The notes under the pieces are model-generated. The model ran no database searches. It was not told the DNA's origin and worked only from the letters and a program-made list of their open reading frames with translations. From positions 1,858,373 through 1,890,372 of the forward strand of contig NC_012440.1 of the NCBI RefSeq assembly GCF_000021565.1: a DNA stretch of 32,000 nucleotides. Reading direction: 5' to 3'. Numbering within the stretch: position 1 is the stretch's first letter; every line of letters starts with the position of its first letter. The translations under genes were made by a program, and so were the position numbers. Source of the stretch: Persephonella marina EX-H1 (GTDB lineage: Bacteria; Aquificota; Aquificia; Aquificales; Hydrogenothermaceae). Below are positions 1 through 8,044 of the stretch, in pieces.

Positions 1-228
1 CCATAGAGTGTTAAAACCTTTCATCCTTTTGTATCTTACAGTTATATCCTGGAGTGTCATGTTAAGTGCATGGCCTATATGAAGGCTTCCTGTCACGTTT
101 GGAGGTGGCATAACAACTGAAAAGTAAGGTTTATCTGAGGAACTGTCTGCGGTAAATATAGCTGATTTTAACCATTCTTTATACCATCTATTTTCTATCT
201 CTGAAGGTTTATACTCTCCAAGTGGCAA
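1..228 (-). CDS. valS: Valyl-tRNA synthetase, N-terminal 76 codons (gene continues beyond window start)
   Basis: Absent from the ORF track because it runs off the window. Reverse-strand translation from TTG at 228 (AGGAGG lies 6 nt upstream) gives LPLGEYKPSEIENRWYKEWLKSAIFTADSSSDKPYFSVVMPPPNVTGSLHIGHALNMTLQDITVRYKRMKGFNTLW. The class I HIGH motif sits in the PPPNVTGxLHxGHA context typical of ValRS. Confidence 0.85.
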   Translation of the reverse strand, partial: MPLGEYKPSEIENRWYKEWLKSAIFTADSSSDKPYFSVVMPPPNVTGSLHIGHALNMTLQDITVRYKRMKGFNTLW

Positions 229-301
229 TTTTTTCCTCCTGGTATCAAAGTTTTGGATTTATATTATAACTTATGTTCTGTTTTTATTTTTTCAGCAGAT
301 T

Positions 302-892
302 TTATTTATTTTTGAAAATCTTTTCAAACGCCATAACTCTTGACGAACTGAAGCTATCAAGGAATTTACTCAGACTCTCAGACTCTAATCTGTATCTTTT
401 AAGAAGATCTGTGTAAATCTCAAAGTTCTCACTTATATCTTTAAAAAGATCTATAAAAAGCAGTGCATCATTAAGCATTGAGAAATAATCCTTCTCCTTT
501 TCAGCCTTAATAATATCTCCATATTTTTTATCAAGGTAGTAGTAAGCTTTCCAGTAGTTAAGCTTGCCTGCATTTATGTAGTCTTCTTCTTTTAGAGGTC
601 TATTCTGTCTGTTTATCCATTCTGTGAAAAATCCAACAAGTATAAGGGAGACATCTCCCCTTGCCTTGTAAAGTCTGAAAGTATCCGTCTCTTTAACATC
701 AATAAGATATCTCGGTATTGATCTGTAATACTCTGCCAGAACACCTGAAATATAAGATATTATCTGGATTGATATGGATATCTTCTCTTTTTCTGAAAAC
801 TCTTTAAGTGTTTCCTTCAGATGTCTCTTTAAAAAATCAAGCTCATTCTGTCCCATACTTATAAATTCTTTTTCAAAAATTTTAATTTTCAA
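302..892 (-). CDS. Hypothetical protein, 196 aa, no recognisable motif
   Basis: Long ORF filling the gap between valS and the divergent OMP gene, with K/E/Y-rich composition like its neighbours. The track start is a TTG with no clear SD, so the start is uncertain (alternative ATG at residue 13). Confidence 0.5.
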   Translation of the reverse strand: MKIKIFEKEFISMGQNELDFLKRHLKETLKEFSEKEKISISIQIISYISGVLAEYYRSIPRYLIDVKETDTFRLYKARGDVSLILVGFFTEWINRQNRPLKEEDYINAGKLNYWKAYYYLDKKYGDIIKAEKEKDYFSMLNDALLFIDLFKDISENFEIYTDLLKRYRLESESLSKFLDSFSSSRVMAFEKIFKNK

Positions 893-939
893 GTCCGTTT
901 ATGGTTTAATTTTCGGTATATAAAAAAGGAGGTTTAGCC

Positions 940-1536
940 ATGGGGAGATATTTATCTGCCTTTTTAATCACAGTTTTTACAGTCTTTTTATCTTACGGAT
1001 CAGAGATAGGACTTAAATTAGGCTATTCAACGCTTTCTTACTCTTCCGTAGCAACAGGTGAGAGTAAGGATATCAACTTTACACTAACAGGATCTATCTA
1101 TTTTGATTATGATATTCCTTTGTCTGACACGACAGCATTTTCGCCATCTTTCCAGATTGATTACGCTTATAAAACTATAGATTATGTTTATCTTTACGGT
1201 CATGGTTATGCTGAAGAGAAATTCACTTACACAGGTTTTGAGATAAATGGTAAAGGGAAAGCATTTCTTACAAGGGCTTTTATGATTTATGCCGGCGGTG
1301 GCATATCTATGAACAGATTTGCTGTGGATTACACACTTGAATCAGGAGGAACTCTCACATCTGACGAGGAGACATATTTAGGGTTTCAGGGCTTTGCAGG
1401 TTTCCAGTTTATGATAACAAAGATGTTGGGATTAGGTGCTGAATACAAATATAAGGTTTACAACGATGACTCTACAGATTACACATTTGATAATCAGAGC
1501 TTTATACTTGCAAATATTTTTATAAGATTTAAATAA
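940..1536 (+). CDS. Putative outer-membrane beta-barrel protein (OmpW/OMP_b-brl-like)
   Basis: GGAGG lies 7 nt upstream of the ATG. N-terminal signal peptide (MGRYLSAFLITVFTVFLSYGS). Alternating aromatic/aliphatic beta-strand pattern with G/Y/T/F richness, and an aromatic residue next to the C-terminus (IFIRFK). Confidence 0.55.
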   Translation: MGRYLSAFLITVFTVFLSYGSEIGLKLGYSTLSYSSVATGESKDINFTLTGSIYFDYDIPLSDTTAFSPSFQIDYAYKTIDYVYLYGHGYAEEKFTYTGFEINGKGKAFLTRAFMIYAGGGISMNRFAVDYTLESGGTLTSDEETYLGFQGFAGFQFMITKMLGLGAEYKYKVYNDDSTDYTFDNQSFILANIFIRFK

Positions 1537-1537
1537 T

Positions 1538-1560
1538 AAGGGGCATAAGCCCCCTTTTAT
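1538..1560. terminator. Candidate bidirectional intrinsic terminator between convergent OMP gene and argG
   Basis: GGGGC-ATAA-GCCCC hairpin (1540-1553) is followed by TTTTAT on the plus strand and by TTATTATTT on the minus strand. It overlaps the argG stop codon. Confidence 0.5.
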
Positions 1561-2759
1561 CTCTTGTTTGCTTTCGCAAAAACCTTAAGTGGAAGTCCCC
1601 ATATCTTCGTGAACATCTCCCCAGCTTTATGGTCAAACTCATCCTCAGGACTGTACGTTGCAAGTGTCTCAAAGTAAAGACCGTTTGGTGATTTTCTGCC
1701 AACTATCTGTGCATTTCCTTTGTAAAGCTTGAATCTCACAGTTCCATTTACAAGCTGTGCTATCTCAGATGTAAAAGCATCAAGAGCCTCTCTAAGTTTT
1801 GAGAACCACAGACCGTTGTAAACAAGATCAGCATAAGGCTGTGATATATGTGTCAGTTTGTAATGGTATGTAAATCTGTCTAAAACGAGACTCTCTATCT
1901 CATCATACGCTTTTATCAGTATAATTCCCGCCGGTGACTCATAAACCTCCCTTGACTTTATCCCAACAAGCCTGTTCTCTACCATATCTATTCTTCCAAC
2001 GCCGTGTTTTCCAGCTATCTCATTAAGATCCCATATAAGCTTCCACAGCTGATCGTATCTCTTCCCATTTATGGCTACAGGAACCCCTTTCTCAAACTGG
2101 ATCTCAAGATATTCTGGACTGTCAGGTGCATTCTCAGGATTTACAGTTATCTCAAAAGCATCCTCTGGTGGTTCTGCCCATATATCCTCAAGGGGACCGG
2201 CTTCTATTGCAACACCCCACAGATTTCTATCGTAGGAGTAAGGCTTCTCTTTTGTTGCCTTTACAGGAATGCCGTGTTTTAATGCGTACTCTATCTCTTC
2301 TTCCCTTGATTTAAACTCCCAATCCCTTACAGGGGCAAGAACTTCAATATCAGGATCAAGGGCCCACACAGAAGACTCAAACCTTACCTGATCGTTACCT
2401 TTTCCTGTTGAGCCGTGAGCCACATAATGGGCATCATACCTGTGTGCAAGCTCAACAAGTTTTTTAGAGATCAGTGGTCTTGAAAGAGCTGAAAGGAGAG
2501 TGTATCTTCCTTCATAAAGTGCTCCCGATCTCATAAGGGGCATACAGTACTCCCTTGCAAACTCCTCCTTTATATCATCTATTATCGCCTCTACAGCTCC
2601 TGATGCCTTCGCCTTTTCCTCTATCTCATCAAGCTCCTCACCCTGTCCTACATCAGCTGTGTATGTTATCACCTCAAAGCCTTTATCTGTAAGCCATCTG
2701 ACAATAACAGAAGTGTCAAGACCACCTGAATAAGCCAAAACAACTCTCTTTTTCAACAA
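1557..2759 (-). CDS. argG: Argininosuccinate synthase
   Basis: 400 aa. N-terminal AYSGGLDTS PP-loop and GSTGKGNDQVRFE signature. Full-length collinear architecture. Confidence 0.97.
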   Translation of the reverse strand: MLKKRVVLAYSGGLDTSVIVRWLTDKGFEVITYTADVGQGEELDEIEEKAKASGAVEAIIDDIKEEFAREYCMPLMRSGALYEGRYTLLSALSRPLISKKLVELAHRYDAHYVAHGSTGKGNDQVRFESSVWALDPDIEVLAPVRDWEFKSREEEIEYALKHGIPVKATKEKPYSYDRNLWGVAIEAGPLEDIWAEPPEDAFEITVNPENAPDSPEYLEIQFEKGVPVAINGKRYDQLWKLIWDLNEIAGKHGVGRIDMVENRLVGIKSREVYESPAGIILIKAYDEIESLVLDRFTYHYKLTHISQPYADLVYNGLWFSKLREALDAFTSEIAQLVNGTVRFKLYKGNAQIVGRKSPNGLYFETLATYSPEDEFDHKAGEMFTKIWGLPLKVFAKANKR

Positions 2760-2783
2760 TTTACCTCCTCAGTGTAATGGAAG

Positions 2784-2797
2784 ATATAATTATATCA
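2784..2797. promoter_or_regulatory. Perfect 14-bp palindrome GATATAATTATATC carrying TATAAT on both strands (candidate divergent -10 or operator)
   Basis: Read directly from the sequence. Centred in the 64-bp argG/TPR divergent spacer, about 25-30 nt upstream of each start codon. No convincing -35 on either side. Confidence 0.3.
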
Positions 2798-2823
2798 GGA
2801 TTTCACTTTATAAAGAGGTATTT

Positions 2824-3861
2824 ATGGAAGAGATACTGAGATTAATAGAAAAGGGAGACATTCCTCAGGCTTTCAAAAAGGCTGAAAGCTACCCCTATCC
2901 AGAGAACATACTTTATAAAGCTGTGATACATTTTCACACAGGAAACAATATAAAAGCTAAGGAGCTTTTGAAAAAGTATATAAATCTGGATAAAAACAAC
3001 CCTGAGAGTTACTACTACCTTGGAAGTATATACCTAGAGGAAGGAAATCCTGAGAAAGCTGTAAAGTATCTTAAAAAGGCTGTTGAGAAAGGAAAAAAGG
3101 CTGAATACTTTAATGATCTCGGTTATGCTTACTTTCTGAAAGGAGATCCTGAAAAGGCTATTAAGTGTTACACAAAAGCTATAGAGATAAAACCTGATCT
3201 TGCTGTAGCCTACTACAACAGAGGTCTGGCTTTCAAAAAGATGGGAGATTATGATGAAGCTGTAAAAAATTATAACAGAGCTATAGCTTTAAACCCTGAA
3301 GATCCTGATTACTACTACAACCTTGGTATCGTTTACAGGATAAAAGGTGACCTGCAAAAGGCTGTAAACTGCTACAAAAAGGCGATAGAGATCAATCCAG
3401 AAAATGAAAACTACTACAACAATCTCGGAAATGTTTATTACGATATGAAGGATTACAAAAAGGCTGTTGAGTGTTATAAAAAAGCTGTAGAGATAAATCC
3501 ATTGTTCTTTTTAGGCTGGCAGAACCTTGGAAATACATATCTTGATATGGGAGATTATGAAAAAGCGGTAAAAGCATTCAAAAAAGCCCTAAAGATAGAT
3601 AAAAGATCAGCAGAATGTTACATGGATATGGGAATAGCATTAAAGGAGCTTGGAAGATATGATGAGGCATTAAAGGCATATGAAAAAGCAGAACAGATAA
3701 ATCCTGATCTCAAGGCTCTATCCCTTTACAACAAAGCATGCCTTTATGCATCAAAAGGTGATAAGGAAAAGGCTTTAAAATTGCTGAAAGAATCCTTTTC
3801 AATTGATCCATCACTGAAAGATTACGCAAAAACAGATCCTGATCTTAAAGGGATTGTATAG
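2824..3861 (+). CDS. Tetratricopeptide (TPR) repeat protein, about 9 repeats
   Basis: 34-aa periodic signature repeated throughout (e.g. EKAVKYLKKAVE, EKAIKCYTKAIEIKPD, DEAVKNYNRAIALNPE, QKAVNCYKKAIEINPE). Confidence 0.9.
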   Translation: MEEILRLIEKGDIPQAFKKAESYPYPENILYKAVIHFHTGNNIKAKELLKKYINLDKNNPESYYYLGSIYLEEGNPEKAVKYLKKAVEKGKKAEYFNDLGYAYFLKGDPEKAIKCYTKAIEIKPDLAVAYYNRGLAFKKMGDYDEAVKNYNRAIALNPEDPDYYYNLGIVYRIKGDLQKAVNCYKKAIEINPENENYYNNLGNVYYDMKDYKKAVECYKKAVEINPLFFLGWQNLGNTYLDMGDYEKAVKAFKKALKIDKRSAECYMDMGIALKELGRYDEALKAYEKAEQINPDLKALSLYNKACLYASKGDKEKALKLLKESFSIDPSLKDYAKTDPDLKGIV

Positions 3862-3927
3862 TTTTATGTTGTATATCATTCATCTTGATGATCTCTTATT
3901 CTATTCTCTATTAAAAAGGAGAAAGTT

Positions 3928-4950
3928 ATGCTTTATAAAGAGTTTCTTGATTACAGGCTTTCAGAGATCGGTATAGGAACGTATCTTGGGGCATCTGATC
4001 AGGATACTGACATAAGATACTACGAAACTATAACAGAAGGGATACAGAAAGGGATAAATGTTATAGACACAGCTATAAACTACAGGAATATGAGAAGTGA
4101 GAAGGTAATAGGGGATGTTCTAAAAAATATAAATAGAGAAAAGGTGGTAATATCAACAAAAGGAGGATACATACCTGTCCCTTACTACATAGATGAAGAT
4201 CCTACACAGTGGTTTAAAAGGGAGTTTGTCCAGAAGGAGATAGTCTCACCAAAGGAGATCACAGAAACAGGAAATATAATCACTCCAAGATTTATAGACT
4301 GGTCATTTGAAAAAAGTCTTGAGAATCTAAACACAGAGTATATTGATGTATACTTTCTTCACAATCCTGAGGATCAGCTTTTAAAGTTCAACAGGGATAC
4401 ATTCTATAAAAAAATATGGACCGTTTTCAGACTTCTTGAAGGGAAGGTTCATGAAGGAAAGCTGAAATACTACGGTCTTGCAACATGGAACGGACTTAGA
4501 GTTCCAGAGGATCATCAACAGCATATAGACCTGAAAAAGATCTTTGATATAGCAAGAGAGGTTGGTGGGGAAAACCACCATTTCAGATTTATACAGCTTC
4601 CATATAACATAGCGATGATAGAGGCTTACACACTTAAAAACCAGAGAATAAACGGGAAATCTCTAACAACATTTGAGGCTTCAAAGCGTTTAGGCCTTTA
4701 CACATATATAAGCTCACCTTTGATGCAGAGAAGACTTGTAAGACCTGTTCATCAACAGATACTGGAGAGATTCAGGGTAAAAAAGTTCTCACATATACCT
4801 ATACAGTTTGTGAGAAGTACAGAAGGCGTTGGAACTGTTCTGATAGGTATGAGCAGAAAGGAGCATCTTATTGAAAATCTTGAGATACAGGAAATTCCAC
4901 ATTTAAAACCTGAAGAGATAGATAGTATGATTAAAGAGAGAGGTTACTGA
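3928..4950 (+). CDS. Aldo/keto reductase family oxidoreductase
   Basis: 340 aa with GGAG SD upstream. N-terminal LSEIGIGTY and GINVIDTAINYRNMRSEKVIG, plus IDVYFLHNP, are typical AKR blocks. Confidence 0.8.
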   Translation: MLYKEFLDYRLSEIGIGTYLGASDQDTDIRYYETITEGIQKGINVIDTAINYRNMRSEKVIGDVLKNINREKVVISTKGGYIPVPYYIDEDPTQWFKREFVQKEIVSPKEITETGNIITPRFIDWSFEKSLENLNTEYIDVYFLHNPEDQLLKFNRDTFYKKIWTVFRLLEGKVHEGKLKYYGLATWNGLRVPEDHQQHIDLKKIFDIAREVGGENHHFRFIQLPYNIAMIEAYTLKNQRINGKSLTTFEASKRLGLYTYISSPLMQRRLVRPVHQQILERFRVKKFSHIPIQFVRSTEGVGTVLIGMSRKEHLIENLEIQEIPHLKPEEIDSMIKERGY

Positions 4951-5018
4951 TTATTATCATTTGCATATTCTAATTTTTGATAATATTGTATTTACAACAA
5001 AAAATAAATCCGGAGAAG

Positions 5019-6338
5019 ATGAGAAAACTTAAAGTAGCATTTTCAACTTTAGGATGCAGGATGAACCAGTTTGAGACCTCTGCTATAGAGGAAAAGTTTG
5101 AAAGAGAAGGGTATACTCTGACAGATTTCAGGGATAAAGCTGATATATACGTTATAAACACATGCACAGTAACAAATGATGCTGACAGGACATCAAGAAA
5201 GACTATAAGACAGGCAAAGAGAAGAAATCCTGATGCTGTTGTTGTTGTGACAGGATGTTACGCCCAGGTAAGTCCAGATAAACTCGCCCAGATGGAAGAG
5301 ATAGATCTTGTTATAGGAAATTCACATAAAGATGCTGTTTTTGAGATAGTGGAAAACTTCATAAATGAGAGAAGACAGGATAAGGTTTTTATAGACAATA
5401 TATTCAGACAGAATGAGTTTAAAACATTCCAGATTTCAACATTTTATGAAGGATCAAGACCTATACTTAAAGTTCAGGAAGGATGCAACAGCTTCTGTTC
5501 ATTCTGTATAATCCCATTTGCAAGGGGGAAGGTCAGAAGTGCAAAAACAGAAGAGGTTGTAAAACAGATAAGTATACTTGTTGAAAGAGGGTTTAAAGAG
5601 ATCGTTCTGACAGGAACACAGCTTTCACAGTTTGGATACGATAATGGGGAAGATCTGTACAGCCTTCTAAAAGATATAGTAAAAATAAAGGATCTTTACA
5701 GAGTAAGACTTTCATCTATGGGGATAAATGAGCTTGATGATAAACTTATAGATCTTATAACATCTGAGGAAAAGATAGCCCCTCACTTCCATCTCTCTAT
5801 ACAGTCAGCAGATGATAAGGTTCTGAAAGATATGAAAAGGGATTACACAGTAAAAGAGTACATAGAAAAGGTTGAAAGTATAATCAAAAGAAGACCTGAG
5901 ACAGCTATAGGAACGGATATCATAACAGGATTTCCAACAGAGGACGAGAAATCATTTGAAAACAGTCTGAAGAATATAGAAGATATCCCATTTGCATACA
6001 TACATGTTTTCACATACTCAGAGAGAAAAGGAACAACAGCTTCTAAAATAGGTGATCTTGTTCCACCACAGGAGAAGAAAAGGAGAACAGCCATACTCAG
6101 AGAAATATCAGAGAAGAAAAGTATTGAGTTCAGAAAAAGATTTCTGAACAATGATCTTGAGGTTCTTATAATCTCAGAAAAAGATGGAAAAAAGGTAGGA
6201 ATAACAGGAAACTACATACATATAAAGTTTGATTCAGAAAAGGATATAAACCAGATAACATCTGTTAGACTTACAGAGGTAGGAAGGGAAAGGGAAGACA
6301 ACAGAGGTGTTGAGTTGAAAAAGGAGGTACTGGTATGA
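5019..6338 (+). CDS. mtaB: Radical-SAM methylthiotransferase, MtaB-like (tRNA t6A37 methylthiolation)
   Basis: N-terminal UPF0004 block KVAFSTLGCRMNQFE. Radical SAM CxxxCxxC motif (EGCNSFCSFCIIPFARG). Start moved to the ATG at 5019, which has GGAGA 3-7 nt upstream, instead of the track start at 4977. Confidence 0.85.
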   Translation: MRKLKVAFSTLGCRMNQFETSAIEEKFEREGYTLTDFRDKADIYVINTCTVTNDADRTSRKTIRQAKRRNPDAVVVVTGCYAQVSPDKLAQMEEIDLVIGNSHKDAVFEIVENFINERRQDKVFIDNIFRQNEFKTFQISTFYEGSRPILKVQEGCNSFCSFCIIPFARGKVRSAKTEEVVKQISILVERGFKEIVLTGTQLSQFGYDNGEDLYSLLKDIVKIKDLYRVRLSSMGINELDDKLIDLITSEEKIAPHFHLSIQSADDKVLKDMKRDYTVKEYIEKVESIIKRRPETAIGTDIITGFPTEDEKSFENSLKNIEDIPFAYIHVFTYSERKGTTASKIGDLVPPQEKKRRTAILREISEKKSIEFRKRFLNNDLEVLIISEKDGKKVGITGNYIHIKFDSEKDINQITSVRLTEVGREREDNRGVELKKEVLV

Positions 6339-6922
6339 GATATGTAAATCTGATCATCTCATTTATGATCTTTATATCTTTCAGTTTTGGTATAACAGAT
6401 AAACAGCTTGATGATCTTATAGGGAAAGATTACAAAACATTCAGAGGGATTGATGAGACAGGTAAAGTTGTTAATATAAAATCTCTCATAAAAGAGGGAA
6501 AACCGGCTGTAATAATCTTTTTCGCTTTAGGAGATAAACCTGGAACGTTTGACTTTCTCCCTAAGATGAACGCTCTTTACGACAGATACGGAAGAAATGT
6601 AACATTTGTAGCTGTTCTTCTTAGCAGATCTTCACCTGAAGAGGTAAAACAGCTTAAAAAGATGCTTCCTTTAAAGATCCCTGTTTTACTTGCATACAAT
6701 GAGACGATAAAAAGATACAGCATCTCAAAGGTTGATGTTCCATATATAGTTTTTATTGATAAAAACGGAAAGATAAAAAGGATAATCTTGAGACCTGAAT
6801 CAACGATGATAAAAGAAAGACCTGATGTTGACCACTCAGATTATGAAAATAAGACACAGAATGAGAGGATAAAATCAAGTATCCAGATAATAGAAAAATA
6901 CATAAAGGATATTGGAGGATAG
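6335..6922 (+). CDS. Secreted thioredoxin-fold (TlpA/AhpC-TSA-like) protein lacking any cysteine
   Basis: ATGA overlap with the mtaB stop. Signal peptide present. Redoxin-like layout (KPAVIIFFA..., VTFVAVLL, VPYIVFIDKNGKI), but GDKPGT occupies the position where CxxC is expected, and the protein has zero Cys. Confidence 0.55.
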   Translation: MRYVNLIISFMIFISFSFGITDKQLDDLIGKDYKTFRGIDETGKVVNIKSLIKEGKPAVIIFFALGDKPGTFDFLPKMNALYDRYGRNVTFVAVLLSRSSPEEVKQLKKMLPLKIPVLLAYNETIKRYSISKVDVPYIVFIDKNGKIKRIILRPESTMIKERPDVDHSDYENKTQNERIKSSIQIIEKYIKDIGG

Positions 6923-6923
6923 G

Positions 6924-7178
6924 ATGGAAAACGTCCAGAATATAAACCTGATCCTTGATATAGATATTGATAGAGAAAGCGAGGAAGATATAGCATCTGC
7001 TTTTTCTAAGGCCATTGAAGAAAAAGGATTCAAGCTTTCAGATAATACAGTATCACTGAGGAACAACAGACTAAGCTCCATAAGAGCTGTTGATACAGCC
7101 TCTGGTGAAGAGGTTGAGATGTATGCATTTTCCAGATCTGTAAACGGAAAAACGATAATCTCTTTAAAAATAATCTAA
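6924..7178 (+). CDS. Small acidic hypothetical protein (84 aa)
   Basis: ORF sits between the Trx-like and rhodanese genes. GGAGGA at 6914-6919 is 4 nt upstream of the ATG at 6924, a closer-to-normal SD position than for the track's TTG at 6912, which it overlaps. No recognisable motif. Confidence 0.45.
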   Translation: MENVQNINLILDIDIDRESEEDIASAFSKAIEEKGFKLSDNTVSLRNNRLSSIRAVDTASGEEVEMYAFSRSVNGKTIISLKII

Positions 7179-7189
7179 GGAGGGGAAAG

Positions 7190-7570
7190 TTGAAAAGGTT
7201 TATTCTGACAGCTGTCTTATTCGCGTTTTACATGAATATCTCAACAGCTTTTGAGAATGTCTCGGCGGAGAAGTTCAGGGAACTGATGAAAAGAAAGGAT
7301 GTGATAATACTTGATGTGAGAACACCTCAGGAATATGAAAAGGACGGTCATATAAAGGGAGCAAATCTTCTACCTGTCCAGTTATTCCAGTATATATACC
7401 TTGCAGGATTAAGGGATAAAGATGTCCTCGTTTACTGCCGATCAGGAAATAGAAGCGTTACTGCAAGCAAGATGCTTGAACAGATGGGTCTGAAAAAGGT
7501 TTACAACCTGAAAGGCGGTATAAAAGAATGGAAATCAAAAGGATTTCCGGTAGAGTATGGCTGGAAGTAG
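7190..7570 (+). CDS. Periplasmic single-domain rhodanese (sulfurtransferase)
   Basis: TTG start with AAGGAGGGG upstream. Signal peptide MKRFILTAVLFAFYMNISTAF. Active-site loop CRSGNRS, with ILDVRTPQEYEKDGHIKGA upstream of it. Confidence 0.85.
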   Translation: MKRFILTAVLFAFYMNISTAFENVSAEKFRELMKRKDVIILDVRTPQEYEKDGHIKGANLLPVQLFQYIYLAGLRDKDVLVYCRSGNRSVTASKMLEQMGLKKVYNLKGGIKEWKSKGFPVEYGWK

Positions 7571-8037
7571 TTACTGTATTCCTTTTATTTTCCACAATCT
7601 CTACTGCTGACCAGTTTGAGAGATGTTTTCTTGTATCATCTAAAAAATACGGTGTAAATATTCATCTTTTAAAAGCCATAGCAGAGGTTGAAAGTGGTAT
7701 GCAGCCCTATGCTGTAAATGTAAATCTGAAAGGTAAAAACAGGAGCTTTTTTATAAAAAACAGAAAGGTTGCATCAGAGTTTATAACATACCTTGAGAAA
7801 AAAGGTTACAACTTTGATGTTGGTATATCACAGATAAATATAAAAAATATAAGAAGATTTGGACTTTCTCCAGTAGAGCTTTTAGACCCCTGTAAAAATA
7901 TAGATCTATCTGCAAGGATAATGAGAGAGCTGATAGATAGACACGGCATGACATGGGATGCTGTATGGCGTTATAACGGGAATAAAAGATACGCTAAAAA
8001 AGTTCTTAAAGCTTTAAAAGAGATCAGGAAAAAATAA
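7528..8037 (+). CDS. Small specialised lytic transglycosylase (SLT domain, IagB/VirB1-like)
   Basis: Signal peptide (MEIKRISGRVWLEVVTVFLLFSTISTA). Catalytic block AIAEVESGMQPYAVNVN followed by FDVGISQIN. Overlaps the rhodanese 3' end by 43 nt, and no alternative start exists. Confidence 0.8.
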   Translation: MEIKRISGRVWLEVVTVFLLFSTISTADQFERCFLVSSKKYGVNIHLLKAIAEVESGMQPYAVNVNLKGKNRSFFIKNRKVASEFITYLEKKGYNFDVGISQINIKNIRRFGLSPVELLDPCKNIDLSARIMRELIDRHGMTWDAVWRYNGNKRYAKKVLKALKEIRKK

Positions 8038-8044
8038 TACTGAT

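Noticed and set aside
2784-2797. Palindrome upstream of argG as an ArgR/AhrC ARG box
   Set aside because: GATATAATTATATC does not match the TGAAT-N4-ATTCA core of ARG boxes, and only a single copy is present. It is kept only as a generic palindrome and dual -10 observation.
2900-3800. DNA-level periodic repeats (gaaaaggctgt / aaaaaggc recurring roughly every 102 nt)
   Set aside because: Fully explained by the 34-aa TPR protein repeats of the 2824-3861 gene. Not a CRISPR or tandem DNA repeat.
4977-5018. Track start of mtaB at 4977 (14 extra N-terminal residues MIILYLQQKINPEK)
   Set aside because: There is no SD there. The ATG at 5019 has GGAGA upstream and yields the canonical MRKLKVAFSTLGC N-terminus.
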